From Octopus bimaculoides (Eukaryota): 63,935 bases of DNA. Of this stretch, positions 38,265-52,405 are shown piece by piece. Position 1 is the stretch's first letter; the number at the start of each line of letters is the position of its first letter. The stretch covers positions 41,381,635 through 41,445,569 of the forward strand of contig NC_068994.1 in assembly GCF_001194135.2 (NCBI RefSeq), read 5' to 3'. Both the position numbers and the translations under genes were made by a program. The notes under the pieces are model-generated. The model did not search any database. It worked only from the letters and a program-made list of their open reading frames with translations, and was not told where the DNA came from.

Positions 38265-38404
38265 CATATGCACATACAGTCATGCATTCATATACATGTC
38301 TGTAAGTGCATATGTATGCATGTATGGATGCTTGTCTCTGTCTGCCTCTCTCTTTCTCTCTCTCTCTCTCTCNNNNNNNNNNNNNNNNNNNNNNNNNNNN
38401 NNNN

Positions 38405-38448
<44 letters not shown>

Positions 38449-38572
38449 GCACACAACATATACATACATATCTACATACAAACGTGTAAAGTGATTTGAT
38501 GCACAAGTGAGGCATCCATTCGACATATATGCAAAAACATAGATTTCATTAAATGTCGGTTGATGTATTTTT

Positions 38573-38621
38573 TTCAGACCAAAGATCTCGAGTTTCATGC
38601 ATATGTGCACTCATCAGTGAA
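38573..38621 (-). ncRNA. Type I hammerhead ribozyme (PLE-associated type)
   Basis: UUCA-CUGAUGA-GUGCA(CAUA)UGCAU-GAAA-CUCGAGAUCUUUG-GUC^UGAA: full core, stem I UUCA/UGAA, 5-bp stem II, imperfect palindromic stem III, GUC triplet. Confidence 0.75.
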
Positions 38622-39103
38622 GCGGAAAAAGACTGTAGTATGTAGGCAAACATTATTTTCTTTGGCTGGAAGGGTCTAAGTTACGAAGTCACTGATGTGT
38701 CAGATTTAGATTCACTGTTTGGTAAAAGAATACAAACGATAAAATTTATATTCCACTCAGCTCATTCAACATTAAAGTGCTCTATCAGTGTCAGAAACAT
38801 AATTTTTATTATATTATTAAGAAATATATATTGTGCTCTGTAGAAGAGGCAGTGTGTTCAATACTTCTCTATGTAAAGTTTGAGCGAAAAGGTTGACATT
38901 TATATTAACAGTGTATGTATCTATATACTTACATGCATATTGAATATATATTTTACATGCACACCATATCATTATATAATATAATCTATAGACTTTATAC
39001 AGGTAAGTTGTTAGCATATTGTATCTCTGCTATAGATAAGAATATAGAGGATGTTTGGGCTAAATTTGATAGATTGCATAAAAAGAAAAGAAAGCACAAT
39101 ATC

Positions 39104-39320
39104 CTCTTTTACTCTTTTACTCTTTTACTTGTTTCAGTCATTTGACTGTGGCCATGCTGGAGCACTGCCTTTAGTCGAACAAATCAACTCCAGGACTTAT
39201 TCTTTGTAAGCTTAGTACTTATTCTATCGGTCTTTTTTGCCGAACCGCTAAGTTACGGGTACGTAAGCACACCAGCATCGGTTGTCAAGCGATGGTGGGG
39301 GGACAAACACAGACACACAA

Positions 39321-39365
<45 letters not shown>

Positions 39366-39679
39366 NNNNNNNNNNNNNNNNNNNNNNNNNNNNNNNNNNN
39401 NNNNNNNNNNNNNNNNNNNNNNNNNNNNNNNNNNNNNNNNNNNNNNNNNNNNNNNNNNNNNNNNNNNNNNNNNNNNNNNNNNNNNNNNNNNNNTATATGT
39501 ATATGTACACATATACGATGGGCTTCTTTCAGTTTCCGTGTAACAAATCCACTCACAAGGCTTTGGTTGGCCCGAGGCTATAGTAGAAGACACTTGCCCA
39601 AGGTGCCACGCAGTGGGACTGAACCCAGAACCATGTGGTTGGTAAGCAAGCTACTTACCACACAGCCACTCCTGCGCCT
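39104..39679 (-). mobile_element. Family A SINE, full length (gap in the internal microsatellite)
   Basis: Collinear with the other family A copies. Confidence 0.9.
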
Positions 39680-39714
39680 ATCCCATCAAAAAAAGATTTT
39701 TAACCAAATAATAT

Positions 39715-40005
39715 TAACTAGATTATGGCTCAACTTGCATGACAGCCTCAAGGTGGTTCTGGGACCTGGTGCATATGTTTCTCACTGTATCCTTGAGGAG
39801 ATCTTTGAATATCTCCTTGACTTTGGACACCAGCACAGCCTTGTTGTTGCATATAGAATGGTTGTTGTGTTTCTCAACTGTACACCACACATAGGTAAGT
39901 TATGGTATTAAAATCAGCATAATTAGGAGGCCAAAAGCTGGGGCTGGTGAAGTTATTGAAATTCATTGACAAGCATCTTGTTCCTTTGTCTTCTTACCTG
40001 ATCCA
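39715..40005 (-). pseudogene. Tc1/mariner (DD37D-like) transposase C-terminal remnant
   Basis: PSFWPPNYADFN...YVWCTVEKHNNHSICNNKAVLVSKVKEIFKDLLKDTVRNICTRSQNHLEAVMQ. Confidence 0.75.
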
Positions 40006-40690
40006 GTATGGGAAAATGGTTAAAGGTAAAGAAAGAGAAGAAAACACTGAAATTCCTTCAGTATACTTTACTTTTCATTCCTCTGAATTTGATAGAATAT
40101 ATATCAGTGAAATACCAGTTCAATGTGATTAATTATTCCTCTCTCTCTCTCTCTCAAATAAATTTGAAGTCTTTTTACACAGGTATAAAAGAAAAATATT
40201 CTCAAGTGCCAGATTTGTAGAACCTCAATGAGATTTATGCACTGGATGTGAAATACCACAAGGTATTTAACTCATTGCTCAGTCAACTGATTCATGACCC
40301 TTTGTTATATTTGCAACCTTTGTGTTATTATAGGGACTGCTGATTTATAAAAGACTTAACAGTTCATAGCCATTATTCCAACACGATGATGCCAAAGTAG
40401 GTTGAAACAATATCTAAATACTAACATACAACATCCTAACAATGAGGACAAAATAACAATAAACAAAAATAATAAAAAGAAAAGAAAAGGCAAGAAAGAA
40501 ACCCACTTGTAAGAAATGCAGTTCCTGTCGGAATTAATTCTACTGCTGTGATAGTTAGCAGTTATAGGAAGCTGTTGCCTTACATACACACATACATACA
40601 TACATACAAATGCAGATATATGTACAATATACATATGTTATATATGTGTGTGTGTATATATATAGTGCACATACATATATAAATATATAT

Positions 40691-40734
<44 letters not shown>

Positions 40735-40778
40735 AATATATATGTATGTATATACATAAATATATGTGTGTGTTTATA

Positions 40779-40846
<68 letters not shown>

Positions 40847-41054
40847 CGCATACAGACACACAGAGAGGCTCTCAGCAGACTTAATATGCTACCTTGTAAT
40901 GACAGCTCAAAAATATGTAGGAAGGAATTTAAGAAAAAAAATAAAATAAAATAAAACTTACAAACAAAACTAATACACTAACACAGAATGGAAACTTAAA
41001 AAAATATTCAGTAGAGCGAAGTATATTTACATGTTCAAACATATACAGTGTTTG

Positions 41055-41085
<31 letters not shown>

Positions 41086-41371
41086 TGTTGCCGTCGTTGT
41101 CATTTTGACACTGAATTTTCCGTGCTTGTTTTGGGTCAGGTGGAGGCACATTTTCTATAGCCCGATTTTTCTTCTACCACTAACCCTTACTTGTTTCCAA
41201 GCAAAGTAATATATCCCTATGGGTGAACATGTTTCCATGGAAAATTGGAAGTGAATGACTTGCCTTGTAGGACAGTGACACAATGTTAAGATGAGGAAGC
41301 ACACTTATCCGTTTAGATCATGTGTGAACTAAAGCCCCATATTTTGTACATATATATATATATATATATAT

Positions 41372-41645
41372 ATAAATGTTTGGAGAGAAGATTTTTTCTC
41401 AAAGAATTAAGATTGAGAAAAGAACCATTTTAGAAAGTCGAAAGGCACTAACCTTTGGGAAGAGATTTCACAAAATGTGTGTGGCTTTTGCTTTTATAGA
41501 TGTGCAAGTGCTTTCAGTTCTTAACTGAAAGCACTTGCACATTTTGTGAAATCTCTTCCCAAAGGTTAGTGCCTTTCGACTTTCTAAAAGGTTCTTTTCT
41601 CAATCTTAACTCCTTGAGAAAAAAATCATTTCTACAAATATTATA
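41372..41645. repeat. Long inverted repeat (fold-back) with 25-nt asymmetric insert
   Basis: Perfect 52-bp stem 41428-41479/41538-41589, inner 19-bp palindrome 41501-41519/41523-41541 with a 3-nt loop, and imperfect outer arms. Confidence 0.95.
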
Positions 41646-41672
41646 ACTGTATCAAGGAATTTCAAAAACACT

Positions 41673-42095
41673 CCAAATATATATATATTCCTTTCTACTC
41701 TAGGCACAAGGCCCAAATTTTTTAGGGAGAGAGCCAGTCGCTTAGATCGACTACAGTATGCAACTGGTACTTAATTTATCGACCCCCGAAAGGATGAAAG
41801 GCAAAGTTGACTTAAATGGAATTTGAACTCAAAACATAGCAGACCACGAAACATGGTTGAAATTCCCCAAATATATATATATTCCTTTCTACTCTAGGCA
41901 CAAGGCCCAAATTTTTTAGGGAGAGAGCCAGTCGCTTAGATTGACTACAGTATGCAACTGGTACTTAATTTATTGACCCCCGAAAGGATGAAAGGCAAAG
42001 TTGACTTAAATGGAATTTGAACTCAAAACATAAAGACAAACGAAATACCACTAAGCATCTCGCTTGCCATGCTAACGTCTCTGCCAGCTCACCGC
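41673..42095 (-). mobile_element. Tandemly duplicated family C SINE (194-bp period)
   Basis: 41673-41838 and 41867-42032 are nearly identical, including the flanking ccaaatatatatatattcc. Confidence 0.9.
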
Positions 42096-43080
42096 CTTAT
42101 ATATATATATATATGTATTGTATAAAAAAATTGTTAAAATATTTTGTTCGTTGTAGAAATGTAATTGATTTATTGCACATAAATCTTAATGACAAAATCT
42201 TATAAGGACCCACAGGGTTCATGTGGGCCCTTGTTGAGAATCACAGCTCTATGTAGTCACTCAATATGCTAGAAAGCATAGCTAAATCCCACATGAATAT
42301 CTTAATAAAGGGCCCACTGGATAATATAGTCTAGTGTACACAACACCTGAGAACCTTCAGGACATTCATCGTTAGCATATATTTGATCCCATACCTGCCC
42401 AATCAGGATAGGGCAGAAGCTAAACAGCAACTGTTAGAGAAGGCTTTATAAGATTGCTTGACCTGCTAGAAATAATAGTTATAATTTCCCTCACGTCACT
42501 CCTATTTTAAAAAAAGGAAGTACATATTGGATGATAAGCCAGTCCTAATTACTCTAGCTTGGAAAAAAGATATGATGGTCACAACTGGAATGGCTTTTGT
42601 TATAGGTTTGACACATGAGAGATGACTTGGAGATAATCAACAAGAACTATTGACTGTTTGTGAAGTCAACAGGTTTCCTATATGAGAACTCTTAGTCAAT
42701 TAATTTGTATTTTTAATTAGGACAAGGCACATTTCCTGCAGAAAATTTTGAACTAGTATTTTTGTAGTCAATAGAAGAGCAATTTAATCTTACTGTGGTT
42801 TAAATCTTGTCACAACAATGCTGATATTATGCAAACTGCATGTGCCATATCAAATAAAACTGAGGATTAATAAGTCTACAGATATTATAATGAATTAAAG
42901 TACTTGGTAAATCCATTGGATGCATCAGTTTGGTTCAAGAGGAATTTAATTCCATTGGAGCTTATCAAATAGGATATACTTTCACTTCAACTTTATAGTA
43001 GAACAAGACATAAGATTCAAAATTAAGGCAATTTATTTAATTTTTTTGAGGTTATTTAGCAAGCTTCCAATAAAACTATA

Positions 43081-43339
43081 TTAACACTCTCGTGATTATA
43101 TATCTAAGGAAATACATTGTCTATGAGCTTAATTAATTTTGAAAATAATGAGAAATTTCGTTGAAATTTCATAAATCGACTTAATTTCCATACTTAAAAT
43201 GGTGTCTGAATATAACATGTATGTAAAACATAATATAACGATGAAAGGTTTTTAAATTAAATATGTCCACTTAAAAGTTGGTGACTTTGTTTTGTAGAAT
43301 CAAAGGTTATCTTTGGCAGTTTGGCATCAAAAGAGTTAA
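43081..43339. mobile_element. piggyBac-like MITE
   Basis: ttaa-cactctcg...caaaagag-ttaa. Confidence 0.55.
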
Positions 43340-43619
43340 AATGGATTAAATGCATTTGTAGAATAAAACATATTGGAAGTGGTCAAAGTTAACAAAACCC
43401 AGCATGAATATAAGACTGCAAACATAAAACGTTTAATAATGTTAGAATTTGCTCAATACATCTTGGTAAGTTCTAGACAAGACTTAGTAAGTTTTATAAA
43501 TAATGTAAGATATAATTATATTTTTGAGAAGAAAAATTTAATTTAATTTAATTTCATTTAAAACAAAGCAATTAGCATAACTTACAAATAAACTGAAGTA
43601 CATAGTATTCAAGCAAATA

Positions 43620-43685
43620 TATGTGTACTTAATCAACACGACCAATATATATGTGCATATCTGTGTGTGTGTATGTATGAGTATG

Positions 43686-43725
<40 letters not shown>

Positions 43726-43765
43726 GCACTCTCCCCACTCTCTCTCTCCCTCTCTCTGTGTATAT

Positions 43766-43831
<66 letters not shown>

Positions 43832-43980
43832 TATATTCATGCAAACATTTGTTTACGAGGCCATTGGCTCCTAATAGGAACTGGCTTGGACTGTGACTTG
43901 CCAGCATGGAAAGCAAACTGTAAATGATAATGTGCGTATGTGTGAGTGAGTCTATATATGTGCTCGTGCGCATGCACACA

Positions 43981-44022
<42 letters not shown>

Positions 44023-44269
44023 AATAATGAATGAAATAGATAAAAAGAGGCAGAAGAAAAACCTAAAAAGTTATAAGAAAATACAAACTAAAAAAAAAAA
44101 CCTGGCCTTTACTTCTAAAACAGTGAAGGCTTTATAAAGATCTCATCACATTGATGAGTGTGTGTGCGCATATCTGCATGTATATATGTGTGTTGTGTCT
44201 GTGTTTGTATGAGTATGTGTATACATATATATATATATATATACATGCACGCATACACATATACATACA

Positions 44270-44305
<36 letters not shown>

Positions 44306-44350
44306 TATATACTTATACACACATATATATATGTATGTATATTTATACAC

Positions 44351-44390
<40 letters not shown>

Positions 44391-44521
44391 GCACGCATAC
44401 ACATATACATGTATGTATGTATGTATACACATATACATGTATGTATGTATGCATACACATATATATGTATGTATGTATGTATGTATATATACTCATACAC
44501 ACATATATATGTATGTATATT

Positions 44522-44609
<88 letters not shown>

Positions 44610-44632
44610 TATAGATATACATATAGATATAC

Positions 44633-44679
<47 letters not shown>

Positions 44680-45363
44680 ATTACTTTTTTATGTATATTT
44701 CTTTCTCTAATTTAAAGCTAAATGTCAGACTGAAAGCATTTTCAAATTAGATTAAAGCAGCTTATTGATTTTTTTATTGATCTTTTTGTTATTGCTCGAC
44801 ACAACATTTAGTGTATCATTGTTTGGTTTGTTCTTTTATAGATCTTGTTTTTGCTGTTGTTGTTGTCATCATTGTTTCTGTAACAGCTTCTGCTTTTGCT
44901 GTTACTGCTGTAGATTATTTTGAAGTTGTTGCTATTTCTTTTCGATATTACTTTTTACATCTTATATTTTGCTTTTCTTCAAATTCAAAATGAAGCAAAG
45001 AAATTAGGTTTGTTTGTCATTAGTTGTTTGTGGCAGAATGCAATTTATCTTTCTCAACTGTGGATGATCTACTGTAGACTGTTCTCAAGCAAAATGACGT
45101 TGACAACACAACGTATATAGTCTTTATCAAACTGCTACTCCTACTCTTTCATTAGATAAAGATACCTATCAATGACTGCTTAAGTTTCTATGTATTGTGT
45201 GTGTTTGTTTACATACATATATACAGATAGATAGATAGATAGATATGTATGTATATATATGTTTGTATCTATATACATATATACATACATAGTTATATAT
45301 GCATATATACATACAAACATACATATACATATGCACATATATATATATATATATACATGTATA

Positions 45364-45448
<85 letters not shown>

Positions 45449-45623
45449 GTATATATATATATATATGTGTAGACAAACAATGGTATCTATCTGTCAATCT
45501 TCCCATCTTTTATCTATAAGAATCTTTGACTGTGAATGCATGGACTATATCCCATACAGGCATACACAAGCATGAAGAAAAACAGAGACACAGAGCAAAC
45601 ACATTCATGTATATGTGCAACTC

Positions 45624-45697
<74 letters not shown>

Positions 45698-46147
45698 TAT
45701 ATATGTATATATAAATGTGTGCAAACTTACATATATACGCATATATGTGTATGCAAGTGTATATATAGATACACACTTGTGTGTGTGTGTGTGTTCTTGT
45801 TGATAGCTTATGGCATGTTGAAAACTACTTAATAAATAGCTTTCTTTACATTAACTTCCAAGGCTTCTATTAATGGCAGGATGTATATTGATTAAAGAAA
45901 GAACTACATGATAGCCTCATTCTGGAGGGAATTCTCTAGTAACAATCACCAAAATATCTTGTAGATTTTATTCCTAGAAAAGAACCACCGACACCCACTA
46001 CCCTCATCTCCTGCACAAATCTCTCCTTTTATTTCATAACAATTTCTTTCCATTTCTTTTCAGGCATTTTATACATTTATATTAGGTATTTCTCTTTATT
46101 TTATTTCTTATTTACTGTTGCTTTTCTTCTTCTTCTTCTTCTTCTTC

Positions 46148-46211
<64 letters not shown>

Positions 46212-46712
46212 TGTTATTATTATTATTATTATACTTTTTTTTTGATAATCTCAAATTCTTAGCAAACAATACTTCCATCCTTGCTTCTTTTCCTCTTTAT
46301 CTTTGACCTTTCTTTCACCATTCCATCACACACATACACACACAAAAGCATACATACACACATCTATCCATACTAACATACATACACTCACAAGCACATA
46401 CATAAATACATACATGCATGCATACATACATACATACATACACTGTCTCCTTCTTTTCCTCTTTGTCTCATTCTCTGTCTGTTCTTCTTGCTGTTTCAGG
46501 TAGTTTGTGTGGGGAGATTTGAGGGAAGAAAAATTAAGAAGGAATGTGTGGGGTGCAGAAGAAAAAGAAAAAAAGGTGGGAGGGGAGAAAGGAAATGAAG
46601 AAGAGAGGAAGGAAAGATTAAAAAGTGAAAGGAGATGACACATTTGAATAGAATGAACTTAATATACACATATAACACTTAGAGAAATACATATATATAT
46701 ATATATATAAAT

Positions 46713-46789
<77 letters not shown>

Positions 46790-46920
46790 TACAAATATAT
46801 ATATATATATATACATACATACATATACATACATACATACATATACATACATACATACATATATATATAAATATATATATGCCAATGTATATCTATCTCT
46901 CTCTCTCTCTCTTTCTCTCT

Positions 46921-46975
<55 letters not shown>
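43620..46975. repeat. Microsatellite-dense zone (TA, CA, TACA, TAT, GA)
   Basis: Direct reading; short unique stretches interspersed. Confidence 0.9.
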
Positions 46976-46978
<3 letters not shown>

Positions 46979-47349
46979 AGAGCGAAAGAGAGAGAGAGAA
47001 AAAGAGTGAAAGGTGAGTTACAATAAATAAAAAAAAAGTTAATGAAATAAACTCTGACACACTCACCGAAAATAAAATAGCAGAAATAGATGCTAAAAGA
47101 AGCAAGAGGGAGGGTTTGCAGTGATAGGTGGTGATGTAGCGTACATTGAGATATTGAACCAGAGACAGAAAGAGCTGTCTCTTCAGTCAATACCAACAAA
47201 CAATGAAGTGAGATCGGTAGTTTTGATGATAAGGCTATATAGTAGATCAGTCATCGGTTATTGTTGTTGTTTAACCCCAGGTCAGAGCTGATTGAAGAAA
47301 TCTATGATCAAAAGTGTTCCTGCTGGGATTATTTTGTTGCTTTTTGAAT

Positions 47350-47683
47350 CCTTCTTTTCTCCACGGTGGAAAGTCAGCTTATGAATTTAATTTGTTACTG
47401 CAGGCTGTTCATCACCTGATATTGCACGTACACTGAAACTATTTTTATCATAGGAGATTCAAGAGGAGTCATGATGAATTTGAGCAGTCATGTGTACTGA
47501 GCAAAACCTACACAGTGGCTGATGCTCTTGTGCTGGTATCTCCAGCTTGTCATCAACCATTGTTCTCAGTTTGCATGTTCATTACTCAAGACACTGTTCA
47601 TTACCCAGGATGTTTTATGTTAGAAAAATTTCTGTAACCAATTTGTTTGTAATGAGAATCATTTGTAAACCGAGGTTCAACTG
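47350..47683. mobile_element. Tigger/pogo-like remnant (one terminus visible)
   Basis: Ends tttgtaaaccgaggttcaactg, resembling the reverse complement of CAGTGGAACCTCGGTTTACGAA-type TIRs. Confidence 0.5.
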
Positions 47684-47879
47684 ATCACATGATTTCAACC
47701 TTCTTTGGTCTTGTCAATGTTGGATACTCGACCAATGGAGCTAACATCAAATCATCTCATCAGCAATATATAGAATAACAGTGCCTGAATAGGCACTGGT
47801 GTCACAATTAGCCAGTTAGATCTGAGAACTATATGGCTGCTATTTCTAGCAAGCTGACACTACTGAGTTCAGCTTATGT

Positions 47880-48106
47880 TTGACCCTTTAGCATTCAGAT
47901 TACTCTGTGACATATATTACTTCTTTATTCATGTTACTTTGAATTAATCTTGCATTATCTAATAGCTTCAAGATTTCGATGATGTGATAGTTTATTTTTA
48001 GAATGACATTGTAGGGTAGTGTGAGAGGCCTGATCTGAATGGTTTCATCATAAAACAGGTAGAATATATAGGCCTGAAATGGCCAGTTTAAATACAAAAG
48101 GGTTAA
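47880..48106. mobile_element. piggyBac-like MITE
   Basis: ttga-ccctttagcattc...aaatacaaaaggg-ttaa; internal sequence is the reverse complement of 30950-31177. Confidence 0.7.
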
Positions 48107-49443
48107 GTTTGCTGTAAATATGGTTGTGTTGTTCAGAAGTTTGCTTTGTAACAATGAGGTCCAATGTTAGAGTTGTCCTCAGCATGGCATCTTGAGCAAG
48201 ATTTTTTTGAGTTAACTGAAGCTTTGGGATTGAAACTGGGCAGACAGGAAACTATATGGAAGCCTATTGGATGAATTACATCTGTACTTCAAACAACCAG
48301 TCCTGTTACATTCAGTGTATAAATTATGCTAAGAGTACATGTATCTTTAGAATACTCAACCACTTACGTTGTATATCATTTATCTTTTACTTGATTCTGC
48401 CAATAGATCGCTGTCATGCTGGGGCTTCACCTTGAAGAATTTTATTCAAATGAATCAAATTCAGTACTTATTTATTTTAAGCCTGGTACTTATTCTATCA
48501 GTCTCTTTTACCGAACTGTTAAGTTATGGGGATATAAACACATGAGCACTGGTTGTCAAGCAGTGTCCAGAGACAAACACACACACATACACACACAAGC
48601 ACTGAACAGAATCCAGAAGCAACATATGTGTGTATGTATAATATATATATACATACTGCAGCTTTTCCTTGAAAGTACTATTCTTTCTCACTTACCTGAA
48701 ATAATTTCACTTGATATCCATCTGTCATCCTTCAGATTATCCTTTTCACCTACATTTTACATTGACACTAAACCAGGTCACAAAAGCTATCACACTTTTG
48801 CCACCACTATGTGTCTTTCACTCCTCCACATGCAGTATGCCAGCCTCCTCCACTCTCACGATCTATCCAGCCAGTCATCATCATCATCATCTCTTTCTCT
48901 TTCTCTCCCTCTCTCATCCTTTCCCTATCTACGGTATCATCATCACAGTGCTGTTACTGTCATCCCAGTGCATCACTGATCACTCCCTACCACTACCACC
49001 ACCACCACCATCACCACCACCATCCTTTATCAATCATTCACTACATCTATTCATATCAACCTTATCCAAACTTTACAATTGTCACTTTCTCTTTATCTTC
49101 TCTTTCCTACCAAGGAGATAAACACACACACACATACACACATACACACACATATATGTGAGTATGTATACATATACAGTGGTCTTCTTTCTATTTTCTT
49201 CTACCAATCCACTGACACAGCTTTATTCGGCCTGAGGCGATATAGTTGAAGACACTTACAAAAGGTATCATGCAATAGGACTGAACCTGAAACCACATGG
49301 TGAGAAAGTGAACTTTTAAACATCTTGTTTTTAAACGTCTTGTACCAGGATCCTTTCTGCTCAATGTTGTTATTCTTCATTCAAAGTAACATGACAAATA
49401 GAATGGGCAGAAGATAGGGTGAGTGCAGAAAATTGAGTACAGT

Positions 49444-49505
<62 letters not shown>

Positions 49506-50274
49506 AGTGGCATAGAATAAATAGGAGCTTTATGCTTGGAGATAAAGGAGAGAGTAAGTGACAGGAAGTTGCAGTAATGTAGCTGGAGAGAAGGTGAGAG
49601 GGGAATCAGCTGCCAGCAATGCATTGAAGGGAATGGCATTTTTGGGTCTGCTGTATAAGCCTATATAGGCTTGTGAGGGTTTGATGTGGGGAGAGGTATC
49701 ATTAAGCACAAGGGCTACTCCAAGCTATGCTCTCTCTAGCTACGCCACAGGTAGCTGTAGGAATGGCCAGTAATAAGAGCATGATGGATGTCAGTAAAAA
49801 TGGAGAGGAAATTAAGATCAGCTGCATAGAAAGGAACCCAGCAATAGAGATAGGAAGTTAATATTAGGAAGGTGGAAATAAAGCAATCCACTTAAAAATA
49901 TTGGTTATCACCTCTGTTTTAGATGGAACTACATGAGATTACACAAATTTATACGGGACTTCAAACTTTATCGATACACAGATAAATGAGGCACCTTTTT
50001 TTACACATATGCGCACACACACTCAAATGCATGCACACATACACACACACACCTATATATATACAAACTCACATACAAACACACATATACTTTATTAAAC
50101 TGAATTTTTATTATGTAACTTGAGTTTCAATAAACCATATACTCTGCAATATGTACTGAGTGCTCTTCTCATATTTATCCTATATTCCTTAATTATTATA
50201 CCTATTTTATGAACATTTCATCAAACCTACATGTAATGTGAAATCTTTGAGTCATTTTTAGTATCTTGTGTCAC

Positions 50275-50400
50275 CAGTCAGCACAGTTCTCTGTCATCTC
50301 TTTTGTCAGATGTGACAATCTGAGATCATCTTTCACCATCTCATTCCTAGTTTCCCTGTCTTCTTCCACACTGTTGTGATGAGAGTTATGATGCCCCCTT
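50275..50400 (-). pseudogene. RTE ORF2 C-terminal remnant
   Basis: RETRNEMVKDDLRLSHLTKEMTENCADW ~ RKTW.EVVK.DLR.L.LT.EMT.DR.LW (compare 62588-62680). Confidence 0.6.
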
Positions 50401-51799
50401 GCAAGAGATAGACTGGTCTGAGTAAAACATAAAATAGTAATGATTTGAGTGAGTTGAGAGTTTGGAGTCAAGTGAAGTTCGAGTTAGTTCGCAGTGAAGT
50501 AGGAAGGTGTCAGTTGGTTAGTTCACAAGAAGTATCAATTGTTGGTTCGTAAAGAGATTTGTTAGTTCATTGCATTATTTTTACTGTTATCTGGATGTCT
50601 TACTTATTGTACGTTACAACACACACATACCATTTAGTTTGAGTGTTTGGCACTTCATTTTGCTTCCTGTTCATCACATGTCCTAACCAGTTACTAGTTG
50701 TAGTCTTGCTCACTACATCTGATTCCTCTTATACCAAGTTCGTCTTTCTGTTCAATAGCACTTTATCTTTCATGCTCATGAAACAGATACCTCAAGCAAA
50801 GCAAATTCACTTTGCTTCTTTCTAGTTTTTGCAAGTCATCTGCATTTAAATCCCACATCTCAATGCCATGCAGCATTGCACTTCATACAAAAGCATTGTA
50901 CAATCTGCCTTTTACCTTGAGAAGAAGCTCTTTGTTTCCAGCAGATGTATTAGCACTAACATTTCCAACCTGTTATCATTCTGATTGCCGCCTTTCCAAA
51001 ATATCCATCACCACTGCTAATTACATCACATATGAAACAAAATCTGAGACTAGCATCAAACTGATTCAAATGTATGACTCTTGAATCAACTGAAAATGCG
51101 AGCCTTTATTGGATTACCATTCTGCTAGAAATAGCAACCAAATCTCCTCCCAATCTACACACTGCTGTTTTAAATAAAGAGCACATTAGTTAATGTAATC
51201 CAACAATAATTCTAAAAGTTATGATGCTCATTAATGACACACCTTTGACTAGGTTTGTAGAATCTGGTTGGCCTTGATGCTTAACAATAATAATTGTGTT
51301 GTAAATAACTTTTATAGCCATTACAAAGAACTTTTCAACCTATTTTATTATTTTTTGCATTTTTACAGTTTTCATTTTTGTTTCTTTCTTTTAACGCTCT
51401 AACTTGAACTGGTGTTGACTTTATGAATTATGGTGCAACAAGAAAAAAGTTATTTAATATGTAAATATCTATGTTTCATAGAGAAGTTAAATAGCATTTT
51501 GTCTGTCAGTTAAATATCAATCCTGTCTCCTTAACATATAACAGGAATATATAGGTTATGTGAACTTCCGGAAAGCTAGAGCCCACAAGTTTGTTTTGCA
51601 TTAAAATGCCATGCAGTATTAGTTCCACTTCTCAGTGCCCTGTGTTCAAATCTGAATAAGGTCAATTTTGATTTTTATATTTTCCGATTTGATAATATTC
51701 CAGTAGTAGAGTCGTTTCTTCTTTGTCTTCTCTCTTTCTCTTTGGATTGTACCTGTAATTCAAATTGTGTCATGCTTGTTTGCCTGAGAATTTCATTAG

Positions 51800-52032
51800 A
51801 TGCTGCCACCATGCAAAAAGCAACCTCTGCTGGTGCCATGTAAAAAGCACCCAGTATATTCTGTAAAGTGATTGGCATTGGGGAGAGCCTCCAGCCTTAG
51901 AAACCATGCCAAAACAGATGACTAGAACCTGGTGCAGCCCTGCAGCTTGCCAGCTCTTATCAAAGTGTTCAACCCATGCCAGCATGGAAAATGGACATTA
52001 AATTTATGATGATGACGACAATGACGATGATG
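51800..52032 (+). mobile_element. Family B RTE 3'-end copy
   Basis: ggtgccatgtaaaaagcaccc...aacccatgccagcatggaaaatggacattaaa plus a (GAT/GAC)n tail. Confidence 0.75.
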
Positions 52033-52089
52033 CATATGACTTTGGAATACTCAGTTGTATGATTGCTAATTTCACAAATATAAATTCAG

Positions 52090-52230
52090 CTGATGTATAC
52101 ATACATACATACATACACATATATATATTCCATATAATACATACACTTATATATATATAAAGTATAATACATACATATATATATATATACATGTATATAT
52201 AAAATGAAATACATACATATACACACAAAT

Positions 52231-52274
<44 letters not shown>

Positions 52275-52293
52275 GTATATATATGTGTGTGTG

Positions 52294-52326
<33 letters not shown>

Positions 52327-52327
52327 G

Positions 52328-52366
<39 letters not shown>

Positions 52367-52374
52367 GTGTGTGT

Positions 52375-52405
<31 letters not shown>

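Noticed and set aside
47150-47190. CTGAAGA followed by a GACAG/CTGTC stem (minus strand)
   Set aside because: Followed by TCTGG rather than GAAA
48692-48750. Minus donor CAG|GTAAGT (similar case at 10620)
   Set aside because: No convincing upstream acceptor or polypyrimidine tract; expected by chance
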